A stretch of 64,000 nt of DNA from a virus. The position numbers and the translations under genes are program-made. Below are positions 41,091-51,275 of the stretch, piece by piece. The notes beneath the pieces were generated by a model, which worked only from the letters and a program-made list of their open reading frames with translations, did no database searches and was not told where the DNA came from. Each line of letters opens with the position of its first letter. Position 1 is the stretch's first letter. The DNA is taken from positions 32,001 to 96,000 of the IMG/VR virus record IMGVR_UViG_3300030085_003750; one strand, written 5' to 3'.

Positions 41091-44039
41091 TTGAGTAGAA
41101 TTAGTATTTTAAACGCTAGTGCAGAAGATTTTGCATTGGAAATTGTTTCATCAGCACCAGTTAATGGTTCTGTTGGAGATAACGAAAACGGTCGTCTTGT
41201 AAAGTACGGCACACACATTTATGTCTGGTGTGACCACCAGGGCATTTGGGCAAAGTTTGCAAATGTAAGTGATTTTACATCACTTGAGACAAGACTTTCC
41301 CAGCAGGAAGACGCAAACGACGCAGACGTTTTGTCACTTGAGGGAATTGATTCTTCATTGGAGTCAAGAATCTCATCAGAAGAAGTTGCTAGAGCATCTG
41401 CTATTACATCAGCAAATGCTAGAGCAGTTGCTATTGAAGGTTCACTTGAGTCTCGCCTCTCAACAGAGGAAGTTGCAAGAGAGGCAGATGTAGACGCAGA
41501 AGAGTCAAGAGCACTTATCGCAGAAGCATCAGTTGACGCAAAACTTTCAACAGCAAAATCTGACAGAATCGCAGCAGTTGATTCACTTCAGACAAGAGCA
41601 GAGGCAGCAGAGACTTCACTTGAGACTAGATTGTCAGTAGAAGAGTTTGCAAACTGGTCTGCTACTTTATATGATGGAACTGTACCTATTTCAGACGAAG
41701 AGTACCTTCGTGGTGCAATGGATTCTGCTATAGCGGCAGATATCGCTTCAGCAACTGCGGATAGAATAGCAGGGGATGCTTCACTTGAAACTGCCATCTC
41801 AACAGAAGAGGCAAGAATCAGTGCAATCCTTCACGCTTCTACAGCAGACAAGGACTCATTCGCAGAGATTGTTACTCACATCAACGCAATTGACTTGGCA
41901 CACGATACACAGACTTCAACAGAGATTGCTTCACTTGCAGCAGACATTGTTTCAATGGAATCATCTTTGGAAGGTATTGACGATTCATTGGAACTTCGAC
42001 TTTCGAACGAAGAAGACGCAATGGCATCAGGCGATGCTTCATTGACAACAAGATTGGCAACTGAAGAGGGTGCAATGGCATCAGGCGATGCTTCATTGAC
42101 AACAAGATTGGCATCAGAAGAATCAGCAAGACTTGCTGCTGATAATTCTCTTGGTGGAAGAATGGGCGTTGAAGAGGTTGCTATGGCATCAGATGATGCA
42201 TCAATCGAATCAAGACTTTCAACAGAGGAAGATGCAATGGCAGCAGGTGACTTGTCACTTGAAACATTGTTGTCTGGCGACGCTTCAGACAGAGCATCTG
42301 ACGATTCATCAATCGAGACAAGAATGTCCGAAGAAGAGTCAGCAATGCTTTCAGCAGTTGCTTCAGAAGAAGCAGAAAGAATTGCTGGAGATGCTTCAAT
42401 TGAGTTATTGATTTCAGCAGAAGAAGTTGCTAGAGCAGCAGCAGACGTTTCGTTGACAACAAGAATGTCAAACGAAGAGGACGCTATGGTTGCAGCAGAT
42501 GCTTCACTCGATTTGAGACTTTCAAGCGAAGAAGCAAACGAAGTAGCAGACAAGGGTTCCCTTGAGACACGTCTTTCAAACGAGGAAGATGCAATGTCAG
42601 CAGGCGACTCTTCAGTCGAGACAAGATTTTCAAATGAGGTCTCAACAGAAAAGTCAAGAATTGATGCAATTCTCGATTCAGCAGACGCTGACAAGGATAC
42701 ATTTGTAGAACTTGTTTCCTTTATTACAGAATTTGACGTAGACGCTGATGACCAGTTGGCATCTTATCAGGTGGTTATTGATTCAAGAATTTCAGCGGAA
42801 GAGTCGAACATGGCAGCAGGTGATGCTTCACTTGAAGCAGAACTTTCTTCAAAGATTGTTGAAAGACAGTCTGCGATTACTTCATTGGAAACAAAGCACT
42901 CTAATGAGATTTCTACACTCGCAGCATCAATTGATTCTGTCGAGGTTAGAGAAGAAAACAGACACCTTAGAGTTGACTTCGGTGGAACAACACCAGTTAC
43001 TTCATTCACAGTATCTGGTTCACAGTTCCCAGCAGGATTTAAGATGGATGAGCATGGTATGGTTCAGGTTTTCCAGGACATGGGAAGCAGTAAGTTCCGT
43101 CACTTGGTTGCACCAGTTGAGATTGACATGTCGTCTGGTAATGTTACAGTTCAACTTGGTTCGACAGCAAAGTCAGGTTTCGCAGTATTCTATATGTTTG
43201 CTGACGATGAAGGCGAGGTGAGTTCACCGAGCACAGCATCTGCTTTCCAACTTGGTGGATACGACGCATCAGAAGTCTATAGTCAGACTTCGCCTACTAC
43301 AGACCAAATTGGTTATACAATTTACATGAAGGATTATGTTAATCTTGACCAGTCTGGATATCCAACGTCAATTCACTCTATGGGTTATGACTTGGGCGCA
43401 GGCGCAGAGACTAAGTGGTATTACAAGCCTGATGGCAACAGCACTTACAGCAGTTACACATACACCTTTCAAGGATATGAAAGTGGATACGGCGGTGATG
43501 ATTTCAGCGCTAGTTCTATGACTGGATTGTCAGAGGGGGCAGAAGTTGCACTTTATGCCGAACTCTACGATGCAAGTGGCAACCTTGTTGCTACTGCTGG
43601 TTCAGCATCTGCTCCATTTTATGTAAATGCTCCAGCGGCATGGACAATGAGTTCGTATGCTTCAGGTATTACAGTATCACCAGGAACAGCAGACCACGGT
43701 CAGACAGTTGACGTAACTGTTACAGTTGACCTTGCAACAGCAAACGTATACAGCAGTTACTTGGAACTTAGTGGAAATAACGATTCTTACAACTACGGTT
43801 GGAATGGATATGACACGATGTGGGTGGCACAGGCATCAAGCGGTTCACCTAGTTCTTACGAGCAGGATTTGATTAATGGTTTCAACAATAATCTTTATAA
43901 TCCAAACAGTTATGCAAGTGCATCGTTCCCGAACAGCACTTTGCCTGCTGCTGGTACTTATAACTTTAATGTTGTCGCTACTAACGGTACTGCTCCGTCG
44001 TCACCGACAACGTTCCAGATTACAATTATTGTAGCATAA
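41091..44039 (+). CDS. Coiled-coil fibre paralog 2 with a different Ig-like, Tyr-rich tip
   Basis: TTG start. Same architecture as paralog 1 with an unrelated ~270-aa C-terminus. Confidence 0.8.
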   Translation: MSRISILNASAEDFALEIVSSAPVNGSVGDNENGRLVKYGTHIYVWCDHQGIWAKFANVSDFTSLETRLSQQEDANDADVLSLEGIDSSLESRISSEEVARASAITSANARAVAIEGSLESRLSTEEVAREADVDAEESRALIAEASVDAKLSTAKSDRIAAVDSLQTRAEAAETSLETRLSVEEFANWSATLYDGTVPISDEEYLRGAMDSAIAADIASATADRIAGDASLETAISTEEARISAILHASTADKDSFAEIVTHINAIDLAHDTQTSTEIASLAADIVSMESSLEGIDDSLELRLSNEEDAMASGDASLTTRLATEEGAMASGDASLTTRLASEESARLAADNSLGGRMGVEEVAMASDDASIESRLSTEEDAMAAGDLSLETLLSGDASDRASDDSSIETRMSEEESAMLSAVASEEAERIAGDASIELLISAEEVARAAADVSLTTRMSNEEDAMVAADASLDLRLSSEEANEVADKGSLETRLSNEEDAMSAGDSSVETRFSNEVSTEKSRIDAILDSADADKDTFVELVSFITEFDVDADDQLASYQVVIDSRISAEESNMAAGDASLEAELSSKIVERQSAITSLETKHSNEISTLAASIDSVEVREENRHLRVDFGGTTPVTSFTVSGSQFPAGFKMDEHGMVQVFQDMGSSKFRHLVAPVEIDMSSGNVTVQLGSTAKSGFAVFYMFADDEGEVSSPSTASAFQLGGYDASEVYSQTSPTTDQIGYTIYMKDYVNLDQSGYPTSIHSMGYDLGAGAETKWYYKPDGNSTYSSYTYTFQGYESGYGGDDFSASSMTGLSEGAEVALYAELYDASGNLVATAGSASAPFYVNAPAAWTMSSYASGITVSPGTADHGQTVDVTVTVDLATANVYSSYLELSGNNDSYNYGWNGYDTMWVAQASSGSPSSYEQDLINGFNNNLYNPNSYASASFPNSTLPAAGTYNFNVVATNGTAPSSPTTFQITIIVA

Positions 44040-44069
44040 AAAATTCAGTTTTTTAACTGATATATTTTA

Positions 44070-44101
44070 GGGGTGGTACCTTCGGGTACCCCCCGCTTTT
44101 T
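44070..44101 (+). terminator. Terminator-like hairpin with UUCG loop
   Basis: GGGG-T-GGTACC-TTCG-GGTACC-CCCC followed by GCTTTTT. Confidence 0.65.
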
Positions 44102-44154
44102 AGCGATTTTTATAATCGCAGTGTTTTTTACATTTAATAGGAGGATAAAAACAC

Positions 44155-46284
44155 ATGAGTAGAATTAGTATTTTAAACGCAAGCGCAAAGGATTTTGCAG
44201 TAGAAGTTGTAAGTTCTTTGCCATCAGGCACATCTCACGAAGATGGTCGCATTGTAAAGGCGATGAATGCACAGAACGAACCAGTACTTTACGTCTGGGA
44301 CGCATCATCACTTTCATGGATTGAATTCGGTAATGCTGCCGACCTTACATCACTTGAAACAAGACTTTCAAGCGAAGAAGTAAGTCAGGATGCTGACGTT
44401 GCTTCACTTGAAGGCATTGATTCATCACTTGAAACAAGAATCTCATCAGAGGAAGATGCTCGTGAAGCAGCAGTTTCAACTGAGAAGGCAAGAGCGGAAG
44501 GCGTAGAGTCTTCACTCGAAACAAGACTTTCAGAAGAAGAAGCGGCAAGAGCAGTTGATGTTGACGCTGAAGAGACAAGAGCAATCGCAGCAGAAGGTTC
44601 ACTTGATACAAAGATTTCTCAGGAAATTGTTGATAGAGAAGCAGACGTTTCATCAGAGGCATCAAGAGCAGAAGCAGCAGAAGACTCAATTGAACTTCGT
44701 CTTTCAAACGAGGAAGTTACAAGAGCAGCGGGCGATGCATCACTTACAACACGCCTTAGCGCAGAAGAAGTTGCAAGAGCAGCAGGCGATTCATCACTTG
44801 AGACACTTCTTTCAACAGAGGTTTCAAATAGAATTGCAGAAGACGGTTCACTTGAGACAGCAATCTCAGTAGAGATGTCGAGAGTAGACGCTATTCTTTC
44901 AGGCGCAGACGCAGACAAGGATTCATTCGCTGAAATCGTTACACTTGTTAACACAATCGACACAGATAACGACAACGCATTGGCAGCAGCAGTTGCTTCA
45001 ATCAACACACTCCGCTCTGACGCTGAGTCATCACTTGAAGCGATTGATACATCACTTGAGACTCGCCTCTCAGGAGAGGAAGTTGCTAGAGCAGCAGGCG
45101 ATTCATCACTTGAGACAAGAGTATCAAACGAGGAAGTTGCTCGTGCAGCAGCAGACGCATCACTCGATACACGTCTTTCAAACGAGGAAGACTCAAGAGC
45201 AGCAGGTGACTCTTCACTTGAGACTCGTCTTTCAAACGAAGAAGTTGCTAGAGCAGACGGTGACTCTTCTCTTACAACACGCCTCGGCGCAGAAGAAGTT
45301 GCTAGAGCAGCAGGTGACTCATCACTCGAATCTGACATCTCAACAGAGAAGGCAGCAAGAGAAGCAGCAGACTCATCACTTGAAACAAGACTTTCAACTG
45401 AAGAGGATGCTAGAGCAGCAGCAGTCTCAACAGAGAAGGCAGCAAGAGAGGCAGCAGACCTTTCACTCGAAACAAGAGTTGGTAATGAAGAGTCAGCACG
45501 TCAGGCAGGCGATGCTTCTTTGACAACAAGACTTTCAAATGAAGAAGTTGCGAGAGCAGCAGCAGATTCATCACTTGAGACAAGACTTTCAAATGAAGAA
45601 GTTGCTAGAGCATCAGACGTTTCATCACTTGAGACTCGTCTTTCAGGCGAAGAGGTTGCTAGAGCGGATGGTGATTCATCACTTGAGACAAGATTCTCAA
45701 ACGAGGTTTCAACAGAGAAGGCAAGAGTTGACGCAATTCTCGCTGGTTCATCTGCTGACAAGGATTCATTTGCAGAAATCGTTGCAGTTATCAACTCACT
45801 TGAGACAGATAACGACAGCAACTTTGCAGCACACGTTCTTTCAGTAACAACAAGAATCTCAGCAGAAGAGGTTGCAAGAGCAGCAGGCGACGCATCACTC
45901 GAAGCAGACATCTCATCAGAGGTTGTTGCTAGAGATGCTGCTATCGCTTCACTTGAGACAAACCACTCAGCGCTCATCGCAGCAGAAGATTCAGCAATCA
46001 ATTCACTTGAGGCAAGAGAGAACAACAGACACAACAAGATTGCGTTCTCAAACGTTGCATCACTTACAGTTGCTGGTTCATCATTCCCATCAGGGTTTGA
46101 CATGACTGACCACGGTATGATTCAGTTGTTCGAAGAAGATGGTTCAGGTAACCTTCACGCTTTGGTTGCTCCAATGGAAATTGACATGACAACAGGTGAT
46201 GTTACTTTCACATTTGAGTCAGCAATCTCAGGTGTTGCAGTCTTCTATTCATTCGCTGATGACGAAGGTACAGTAACAGTATAA
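44155..46284 (+). CDS. Coiled-coil fibre paralog 3, with no tip domain
   Basis: ATG start and the most regular repeats (SLETRLSNEEVARAAGDS). It ends right after the shared beta domain (VFYSFADDEGTVTV). Confidence 0.8.
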   Translation: MSRISILNASAKDFAVEVVSSLPSGTSHEDGRIVKAMNAQNEPVLYVWDASSLSWIEFGNAADLTSLETRLSSEEVSQDADVASLEGIDSSLETRISSEEDAREAAVSTEKARAEGVESSLETRLSEEEAARAVDVDAEETRAIAAEGSLDTKISQEIVDREADVSSEASRAEAAEDSIELRLSNEEVTRAAGDASLTTRLSAEEVARAAGDSSLETLLSTEVSNRIAEDGSLETAISVEMSRVDAILSGADADKDSFAEIVTLVNTIDTDNDNALAAAVASINTLRSDAESSLEAIDTSLETRLSGEEVARAAGDSSLETRVSNEEVARAAADASLDTRLSNEEDSRAAGDSSLETRLSNEEVARADGDSSLTTRLGAEEVARAAGDSSLESDISTEKAAREAADSSLETRLSTEEDARAAAVSTEKAAREAADLSLETRVGNEESARQAGDASLTTRLSNEEVARAAADSSLETRLSNEEVARASDVSSLETRLSGEEVARADGDSSLETRFSNEVSTEKARVDAILAGSSADKDSFAEIVAVINSLETDNDSNFAAHVLSVTTRISAEEVARAAGDASLEADISSEVVARDAAIASLETNHSALIAAEDSAINSLEARENNRHNKIAFSNVASLTVAGSSFPSGFDMTDHGMIQLFEEDGSGNLHALVAPMEIDMTTGDVTFTFESAISGVAVFYSFADDEGTVTV

Positions 46285-46327
46285 TTTGCCTTTAAGCAAC
46301 TATACAAATAAAAACTGAATAGTTTTT

Positions 46328-46355
46328 GGGGGGGGTTTTTACCCCCCTTTTTTTT
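46328..46355 (+). terminator. Rho-independent terminator
   Basis: G8-TTTTTA-C6-T8. Confidence 0.75.
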
Positions 46356-46389
46356 ATTCTATCAAAATTGGCGTTTCACGCTCTATAAG

Positions 46390-46398
46390 ACTATTTAT
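46390..46398 (+). promoter_or_regulatory. Putative late promoter (ACTATTTAT) for scaffold/capsid
   Basis: Recurrent motif located between a terminator and the scaffold SD. Confidence 0.6.
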
Positions 46399-46455
46399 TA
46401 AAGAAAAACCCCGACTTTTTCATAATTAACGCACTAAAGTGAGGAGAAAGACTAA

Positions 46456-47523
46456 ATGTCTAATTTACTAGAGCAAGCACTTGTTGACGCAAAGGCACTA
46501 AAAGAAGCGGCAGTCAAGAGTGCAGAAAATGAATTACTAGAGAAATATGCGGATGAAATGCGTTCAGCAGTTTCTCGTCTACTTGAGCAAGAAGAAGGAC
46601 AACTTGATGAAGAGATGGCAATGGGTACCATGTCCCCAGACATGGCATCACCTGCTTTCACTGATGGTGAAAGACTTTGCCCTTGCCCAGAAGCAGATGA
46701 ACCACAAGAGATTGACTTCGCTCAATTAAGAGCAGCAATCGAGGCAGAAGAAGAAGAAGCAGGAATGGATATGGGAATGTCTGACGAAGAACCTGCTTTA
46801 GAACCTGCTGGTGACGAAGAAGAATTAGAACTTCAGGAAGAAGAATTAGAACTTCAGGAAGAAGAAGAAATTTCACTTGGCGAAGAATTAGAAATCGTCG
46901 AAGAAGATGAAGAAATTAATCTCGAAACCCTTGAGATTGACCACCAACCAGAGCGACAAGACATTATTTCTATTCCTTTGGAAGAAGTAGAAGAGGTAGA
47001 AGAAGTTGCGTTAACTCTTGACGAAGAGGAAACAGAGCAAGTTCAGACCCCTACTCTTACCGAGGAGGAAGAAATGATTCAAACTCTCACAGCACGCAAT
47101 GCGGAGTTGGAAGAGGAAGTTGCTCAGTTGCAACGTCAAACACAGGGTTTTGATGTTCGACAGCAGAGATATCGTTCTGCTATCGACAAAATTACACAGC
47201 GACTTGCGGAGGTTAATCTCTCCAATGCTAAGTTGCTTTATACGAATCGCATTCTGAATAATGCCTCTTTGAATGAGCGACAAAGAAATGAAATTGTCGA
47301 GTCCATTACGGGTGCTGGTTCTGTTGAAGAAGCGAAAACAATTTTCGAGACACTTCAAAACACAATGTTGAGTAGCGAAACTCCTAAGAGGTCAGCACCA
47401 AATACATTGAGTGAAGCAGTAAAGAAGAGCGTTTCGCCATTTGCTTCAAGAGGAAATATCCCTCAGAAGCAGACAGATACATTCTCGAAGAGAATGCAGC
47501 AATTGGCTGGAATTAATAATTAA
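46456..47523 (+). CDS. Prohead scaffold/core protein (gp22-like)
   Basis: Very acidic coiled-coil protein directly upstream of the major capsid gene. Contains VNLSNAKLLYTN, C-terminal RMQQLAGI, and an internal 21-bp tandem duplication at 46816-46857. Confidence 0.75.
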   Translation: MSNLLEQALVDAKALKEAAVKSAENELLEKYADEMRSAVSRLLEQEEGQLDEEMAMGTMSPDMASPAFTDGERLCPCPEADEPQEIDFAQLRAAIEAEEEEAGMDMGMSDEEPALEPAGDEEELELQEEELELQEEEEISLGEELEIVEEDEEINLETLEIDHQPERQDIISIPLEEVEEVEEVALTLDEEETEQVQTPTLTEEEEMIQTLTARNAELEEEVAQLQRQTQGFDVRQQRYRSAIDKITQRLAEVNLSNAKLLYTNRILNNASLNERQRNEIVESITGAGSVEEAKTIFETLQNTMLSSETPKRSAPNTLSEAVKKSVSPFASRGNIPQKQTDTFSKRMQQLAGINN

Positions 47524-47554
47524 AGACAAAATAAATCATTCGGAGGTAATATAA

Positions 47555-49309
47555 ATGTCTATTTTACAAAATCTTACAGAAGGTGTCGTTAATCGTGACC
47601 TCTCTAAGGAAGGTGAGGCTATTCTCAACAAGTGGGAAAAGACTGGTCTTCTCGAAGGTCTCGAAGGCGATTTCCACAGAAATCAAATGGCGGTTCTCCT
47701 TGAGAACCAGGCGAAGGAACTCCTTCGTGAATCAAACACAATGGCAGGCGGCGACGTAGAAGGGTTCGCAGCAGTTGCTTTCCCAATCGTTCGTCGTGTA
47801 TTCGGCGGTCTTTTGGCACAGAAACTCGTTTCTGTTCAACCAATGAGTCTTCCATCAGGTCTCGTTTTCTTCATGGACTTCGTGAAGCAAGCACCATCAG
47901 CATCTCGTGACGGTCAGTTGGCAGCAGAAGAACCATCAGTATACGGCGGTTCCAAGGTTGCTAAGGGAATTCTCGACGGTGTTAACTTGAACCCAGATGT
48001 TCTTCCTGCTCCTCAGTTCCAGAACCTTGTTCACGGACACTCAGCAGCAAGAGGTGTTCACTCATTTGGCGAAGACACTGCAATCACAGCAGCAGATACT
48101 GTTGTTCTTAACGGCGCAGTTTCAGACGCAGACGCTCTTTTGATTGACTTCGACGCTGACTTGCTTGCAATCACAGACAGTTCACAAGTTAAAATCGTTG
48201 AGGTTGACCTTAGTGTAGCAGGCGACAATGGTTGTGCAGGTCACCCACTTAATGGCACGGGCGACTTGAGAAGACTTATCGGTAAGGACGCTCGTCACGT
48301 ATCAGCAGGTACAGTTACAGCGGCAAGCGGTGCAGTTACTCAGTTTAATGTTGTTCGTCGTTTGAGCAAGATTGAGGGTACAACTCTTACTCTTTTCCTT
48401 TTGGGCGCAGCAGGTGCTCCAGCAATCGCTAAACCAGGTGCAGGTGTTGAGCACTTCATCGAATACGCTATGGCAGACAACATCACAGAGGGCGGTGCTC
48501 TTGGTGCAGTTGTTGGTTCAGAGGCATGGGAGATGGAAGGTTCATCAGCACTTCCTGAAATCGCAATCAAGGTTGATTCATCAGCAATCACTGCTGTTAC
48601 ACGTAAGTTGAAGGCGTCTTGGACACCAGAACTTGCTCAGGACTTGAATGCATATCACAACCTCGACGCAGAGGTTGAGTTGACTGGTATTCTTTCAGAG
48701 CAGATTGCTTTGGAAATCGACCAGGAAATTCTTTCAGACCTTATCGCAGGTGCTTCAGCATCTAAGTTGTACTGGTCACGTCGTCCAGGTCTTTTCGTTA
48801 ACCGATTGACTGGTGCTGACGCAACATCATTGGCTTCACCTCCTGACTTCACAGGTTCAGTAAGCGAATGGTACGAGACTCTCATTGAGACTATCAATGA
48901 CGTTTCAGCAGACATCCACAGAAAGACTCTTCGTGGTGGTGCTAACTTCTTGGTTTGTGGACCAGAGGTTGCTAACATCCTTGAGTTCACCAGTGGTTTC
49001 CGTGCATCAGTCACTCACGACGATGCAACTGGTTCAGTTGGTGCTGTTCAAATCGGTTCAATCAACAAGAAGTGGGACTTGCACGTAGACCCTTACTTCC
49101 CAAGAAATGTTATCCTTGTCGGTCGCAAGGGTGGTTCATTCCTTGAGAGTGGTTTCGTATACGCTCCTTACGTACCGTTGCAGGTTACTCCTACAATCTT
49201 CAACCAAGACGACTTCACTCCACGTAAGGCAGTGATGACTCGTTACGGTAAGAAGATGGTACGACCTGACATGTACGGTCTTGTTATCTGTCGTGACCTT
49301 GAGGGTTAA
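47555..49309 (+). CDS. gp23: Major capsid protein (T4 gp23-like)
   Basis: VSVQPMSLPSGLVF, TRKLKASWTPELAQDLNAYH, EIDQEI, YAPYVPLQ and MTRYG. Confidence 0.96.
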   Translation: MSILQNLTEGVVNRDLSKEGEAILNKWEKTGLLEGLEGDFHRNQMAVLLENQAKELLRESNTMAGGDVEGFAAVAFPIVRRVFGGLLAQKLVSVQPMSLPSGLVFFMDFVKQAPSASRDGQLAAEEPSVYGGSKVAKGILDGVNLNPDVLPAPQFQNLVHGHSAARGVHSFGEDTAITAADTVVLNGAVSDADALLIDFDADLLAITDSSQVKIVEVDLSVAGDNGCAGHPLNGTGDLRRLIGKDARHVSAGTVTAASGAVTQFNVVRRLSKIEGTTLTLFLLGAAGAPAIAKPGAGVEHFIEYAMADNITEGGALGAVVGSEAWEMEGSSALPEIAIKVDSSAITAVTRKLKASWTPELAQDLNAYHNLDAEVELTGILSEQIALEIDQEILSDLIAGASASKLYWSRRPGLFVNRLTGADATSLASPPDFTGSVSEWYETLIETINDVSADIHRKTLRGGANFLVCGPEVANILEFTSGFRASVTHDDATGSVGAVQIGSINKKWDLHVDPYFPRNVILVGRKGGSFLESGFVYAPYVPLQVTPTIFNQDDFTPRKAVMTRYGKKMVRPDMYGLVICRDLEG

Positions 49310-49347
49310 TCAAGACAGTAACGATTAGAGTTTGACTCTAACAAAGG

Positions 49348-49381
49348 AACCCCTTCCGTTTTCTTCGGTTGGGGTTTTTTT
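49348..49381 (+). terminator. Terminator-like hairpin after the capsid gene
   Basis: AACCCC-TT-CCG...CGG-TT-GGGGTT followed by a T tract. Confidence 0.6.
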
Positions 49382-49428
49382 GTATCTCATAAACTACTTA
49401 CTATGAGAAAATGCGGAGGATGCCCTAA

Positions 49429-50778
49429 ATGGCGAAACCAACCCTTACACCAGCACAAACAACGAGTGTTATTGTCTTACCTGAAAACTATACAGTTCCA
49501 GGTGCAGGGGCAGAAAAAGACGCACTTATTAGTTCATTTCCGTTTGGCATCTACGCCAATGTAGATTATTGGTTCGATGGAAATGGAGATGCAGACGAAA
49601 CACAAGTAGATACTTTCCTTCAGGGCGCTGCTGACCAAGTTGCTTATACATATAGAAAACTCGGTGGCGATGTTCTAGATATCGAACTCACAAAAGAACA
49701 GGTCTTTGCTGCTTACGAAGAGGCAGTATTAGAATATTCTTATATCTTGAATATTCATCAAACAAAGAATACACTTTCCAATTCCTTGGGTAATTCAACT
49801 GGTTCATTTAATGAAGACGGCGCAATTACTGAGGACACTGTTGACAACACTGTTGTGAACAAGAAGACACACGTATCTCTTAAATATCCAAGATTTGACT
49901 TCGCCTACGCTAGAAGAGTAACAGAAGGTATTTCAGAAGAAGTTGGAGTTGGAGGGTCTACGACGGTATACTCGGCATCTATTGATATCACAGACGGAGT
50001 TCAGGATTATGATATCCAAGCGGCGATAACTTCTGACGCAGACTGGCAAGCAGCGCTCGGATTCACAGGAGCATCAGATGCTAACAAGATTCTTGTTAAA
50101 AAAGTATTCTATAAAACACCTAAAGCAATGTGGTCTTATTATGGTTACTATAACGGTGTAAACGTTTTAGGCAACCTTTCAACTTATGGTCAGTATGCTG
50201 ATGATTCAACTTACGAGATTGTTCCAGTGTGGCACAATAAGATGCAGGCAAAGGCATATGAGGAATCTCTCTATGTGAGAAGTTCACATTACTCGTATGA
50301 GTTGAGAAACAATAAATTAAGATTATTCCCAGTTCCAACTGGAAACGGATACCCAGAGAAGGTATGGATAGAGTTTGTTTACCCAAGAGATACTTGGTCA
50401 GACGATGCACAGGACGGTAATGTTGGTTCAGACGGCGTGAATAACATGAATACAATGCCTTTGCAAAATATTCCTTATAAGAATATTAACTCTATTGGTA
50501 AGCAGTGGATTCGTAGATTCGGTCTTGCACTTGCTAAAGAGATGCTTGGTCTTGTTCGTTCAAAATTTTCATCTATTCCGATTCCAGGAAATGATATTTC
50601 AATGAATGGTGATGCACTTGTATCAGCAGGCAAAGAAGAACAAGAGGCACTTCGAACAGAACTGAAGGAAACCCTTGATGAATTAACTTATACGAAACTT
50701 CTTGAGTCTGACGCTGAGACAGTTGAAAACTCGAATAGAATCATGACGCAGATTCCAAATGCGATTTTCACAGGATGA
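49429..50778 (+). CDS. gp13: Neck protein / head-tail adaptor (gp13-like)
   Basis: RKLGGDVLDIEL, WIRRFGLALAKEMLGLVRSKF...IPG..I.MNG; follows the major capsid gene. Confidence 0.8.
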   Translation: MAKPTLTPAQTTSVIVLPENYTVPGAGAEKDALISSFPFGIYANVDYWFDGNGDADETQVDTFLQGAADQVAYTYRKLGGDVLDIELTKEQVFAAYEEAVLEYSYILNIHQTKNTLSNSLGNSTGSFNEDGAITEDTVDNTVVNKKTHVSLKYPRFDFAYARRVTEGISEEVGVGGSTTVYSASIDITDGVQDYDIQAAITSDADWQAALGFTGASDANKILVKKVFYKTPKAMWSYYGYYNGVNVLGNLSTYGQYADDSTYEIVPVWHNKMQAKAYEESLYVRSSHYSYELRNNKLRLFPVPTGNGYPEKVWIEFVYPRDTWSDDAQDGNVGSDGVNNMNTMPLQNIPYKNINSIGKQWIRRFGLALAKEMLGLVRSKFSSIPIPGNDISMNGDALVSAGKEEQEALRTELKETLDELTYTKLLESDAETVENSNRIMTQIPNAIFTG

Positions 50779-50789
50779 GGAAATAAATA

Positions 50790-51275
50790 ATGTCTGATGA
50801 ATGGTCACAACCAGAAGCACCTCCACCACCAATGTTCACAGGTAAAAAAGAACGTGACTTGGTAAAGCAGGTAAATGACGAACTTATCGAGAGGGTAATA
50901 GGGCAAACTATTGTTTATTACGCAGTCGATATTAAAAGGTCCAACTTCCATCCTCTTTACGGCGAGGCAATAGAAAAGACTTATCTTCCACCCATCAGGG
51001 TTCATGCTCTTGTAGAAAAGGGCGAGACAGATAGAACTTTTAGCAATTATGGGGTTGACAAGATAAGTAATATTGTGGTACACTTTCACAAAAGAAGGTT
51101 GACAGAGGACCAAGACTTGTTTGTTCGTGAGGGTGACTTTATTCTTTATGACAACCAACATTATGAGATTTCAGAACTGTCTCAACCAAGATACCTCTTT
51201 GGTCAAGAGGGGCACAAGTTCGAGATAACAGCAACTTGCAGAAAGGCAAGAGAGGGTTCATTTGATGGCAGATAA
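50790..51275 (+). CDS. gp14: Head closure/neck protein (gp14-like)
   Basis: IVYY...HPLYGE...VREGDFI; follows gp13. Confidence 0.7.
   Translation: MSDEWSQPEAPPPPMFTGKKERDLVKQVNDELIERVIGQTIVYYAVDIKRSNFHPLYGEAIEKTYLPPIRVHALVEKGETDRTFSNYGVDKISNIVVHFHKRRLTEDQDLFVREGDFILYDNQHYEISELSQPRYLFGQEGHKFEITATCRKAREGSFDGR

Noticed and set aside
38170-42000. Near-identical DNA between fibre paralogs 1 and 2 as a diversity-generating retroelement template/variable pair
   Set aside because: Differences are mostly synonymous third-position changes of all base types rather than adenine-specific. Both copies are in coding shafts, and there is no reverse transcriptase in the window.
37700-46000. 54-bp periodic repeats as a CRISPR array
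   Set aside because: The repeats are degenerate, in frame and protein-coding, with no unique spacers and no cas genes.
35250-46105. Long antisense and alternate-frame ORFs over the collagen and coiled-coil genes (for example 35250-36062, 38274-39122, 41876-42694, 44619-45338)
   Set aside because: They are shadows of repetitive, codon-biased plus-strand genes. Their translations are low-complexity and show no expression signals.
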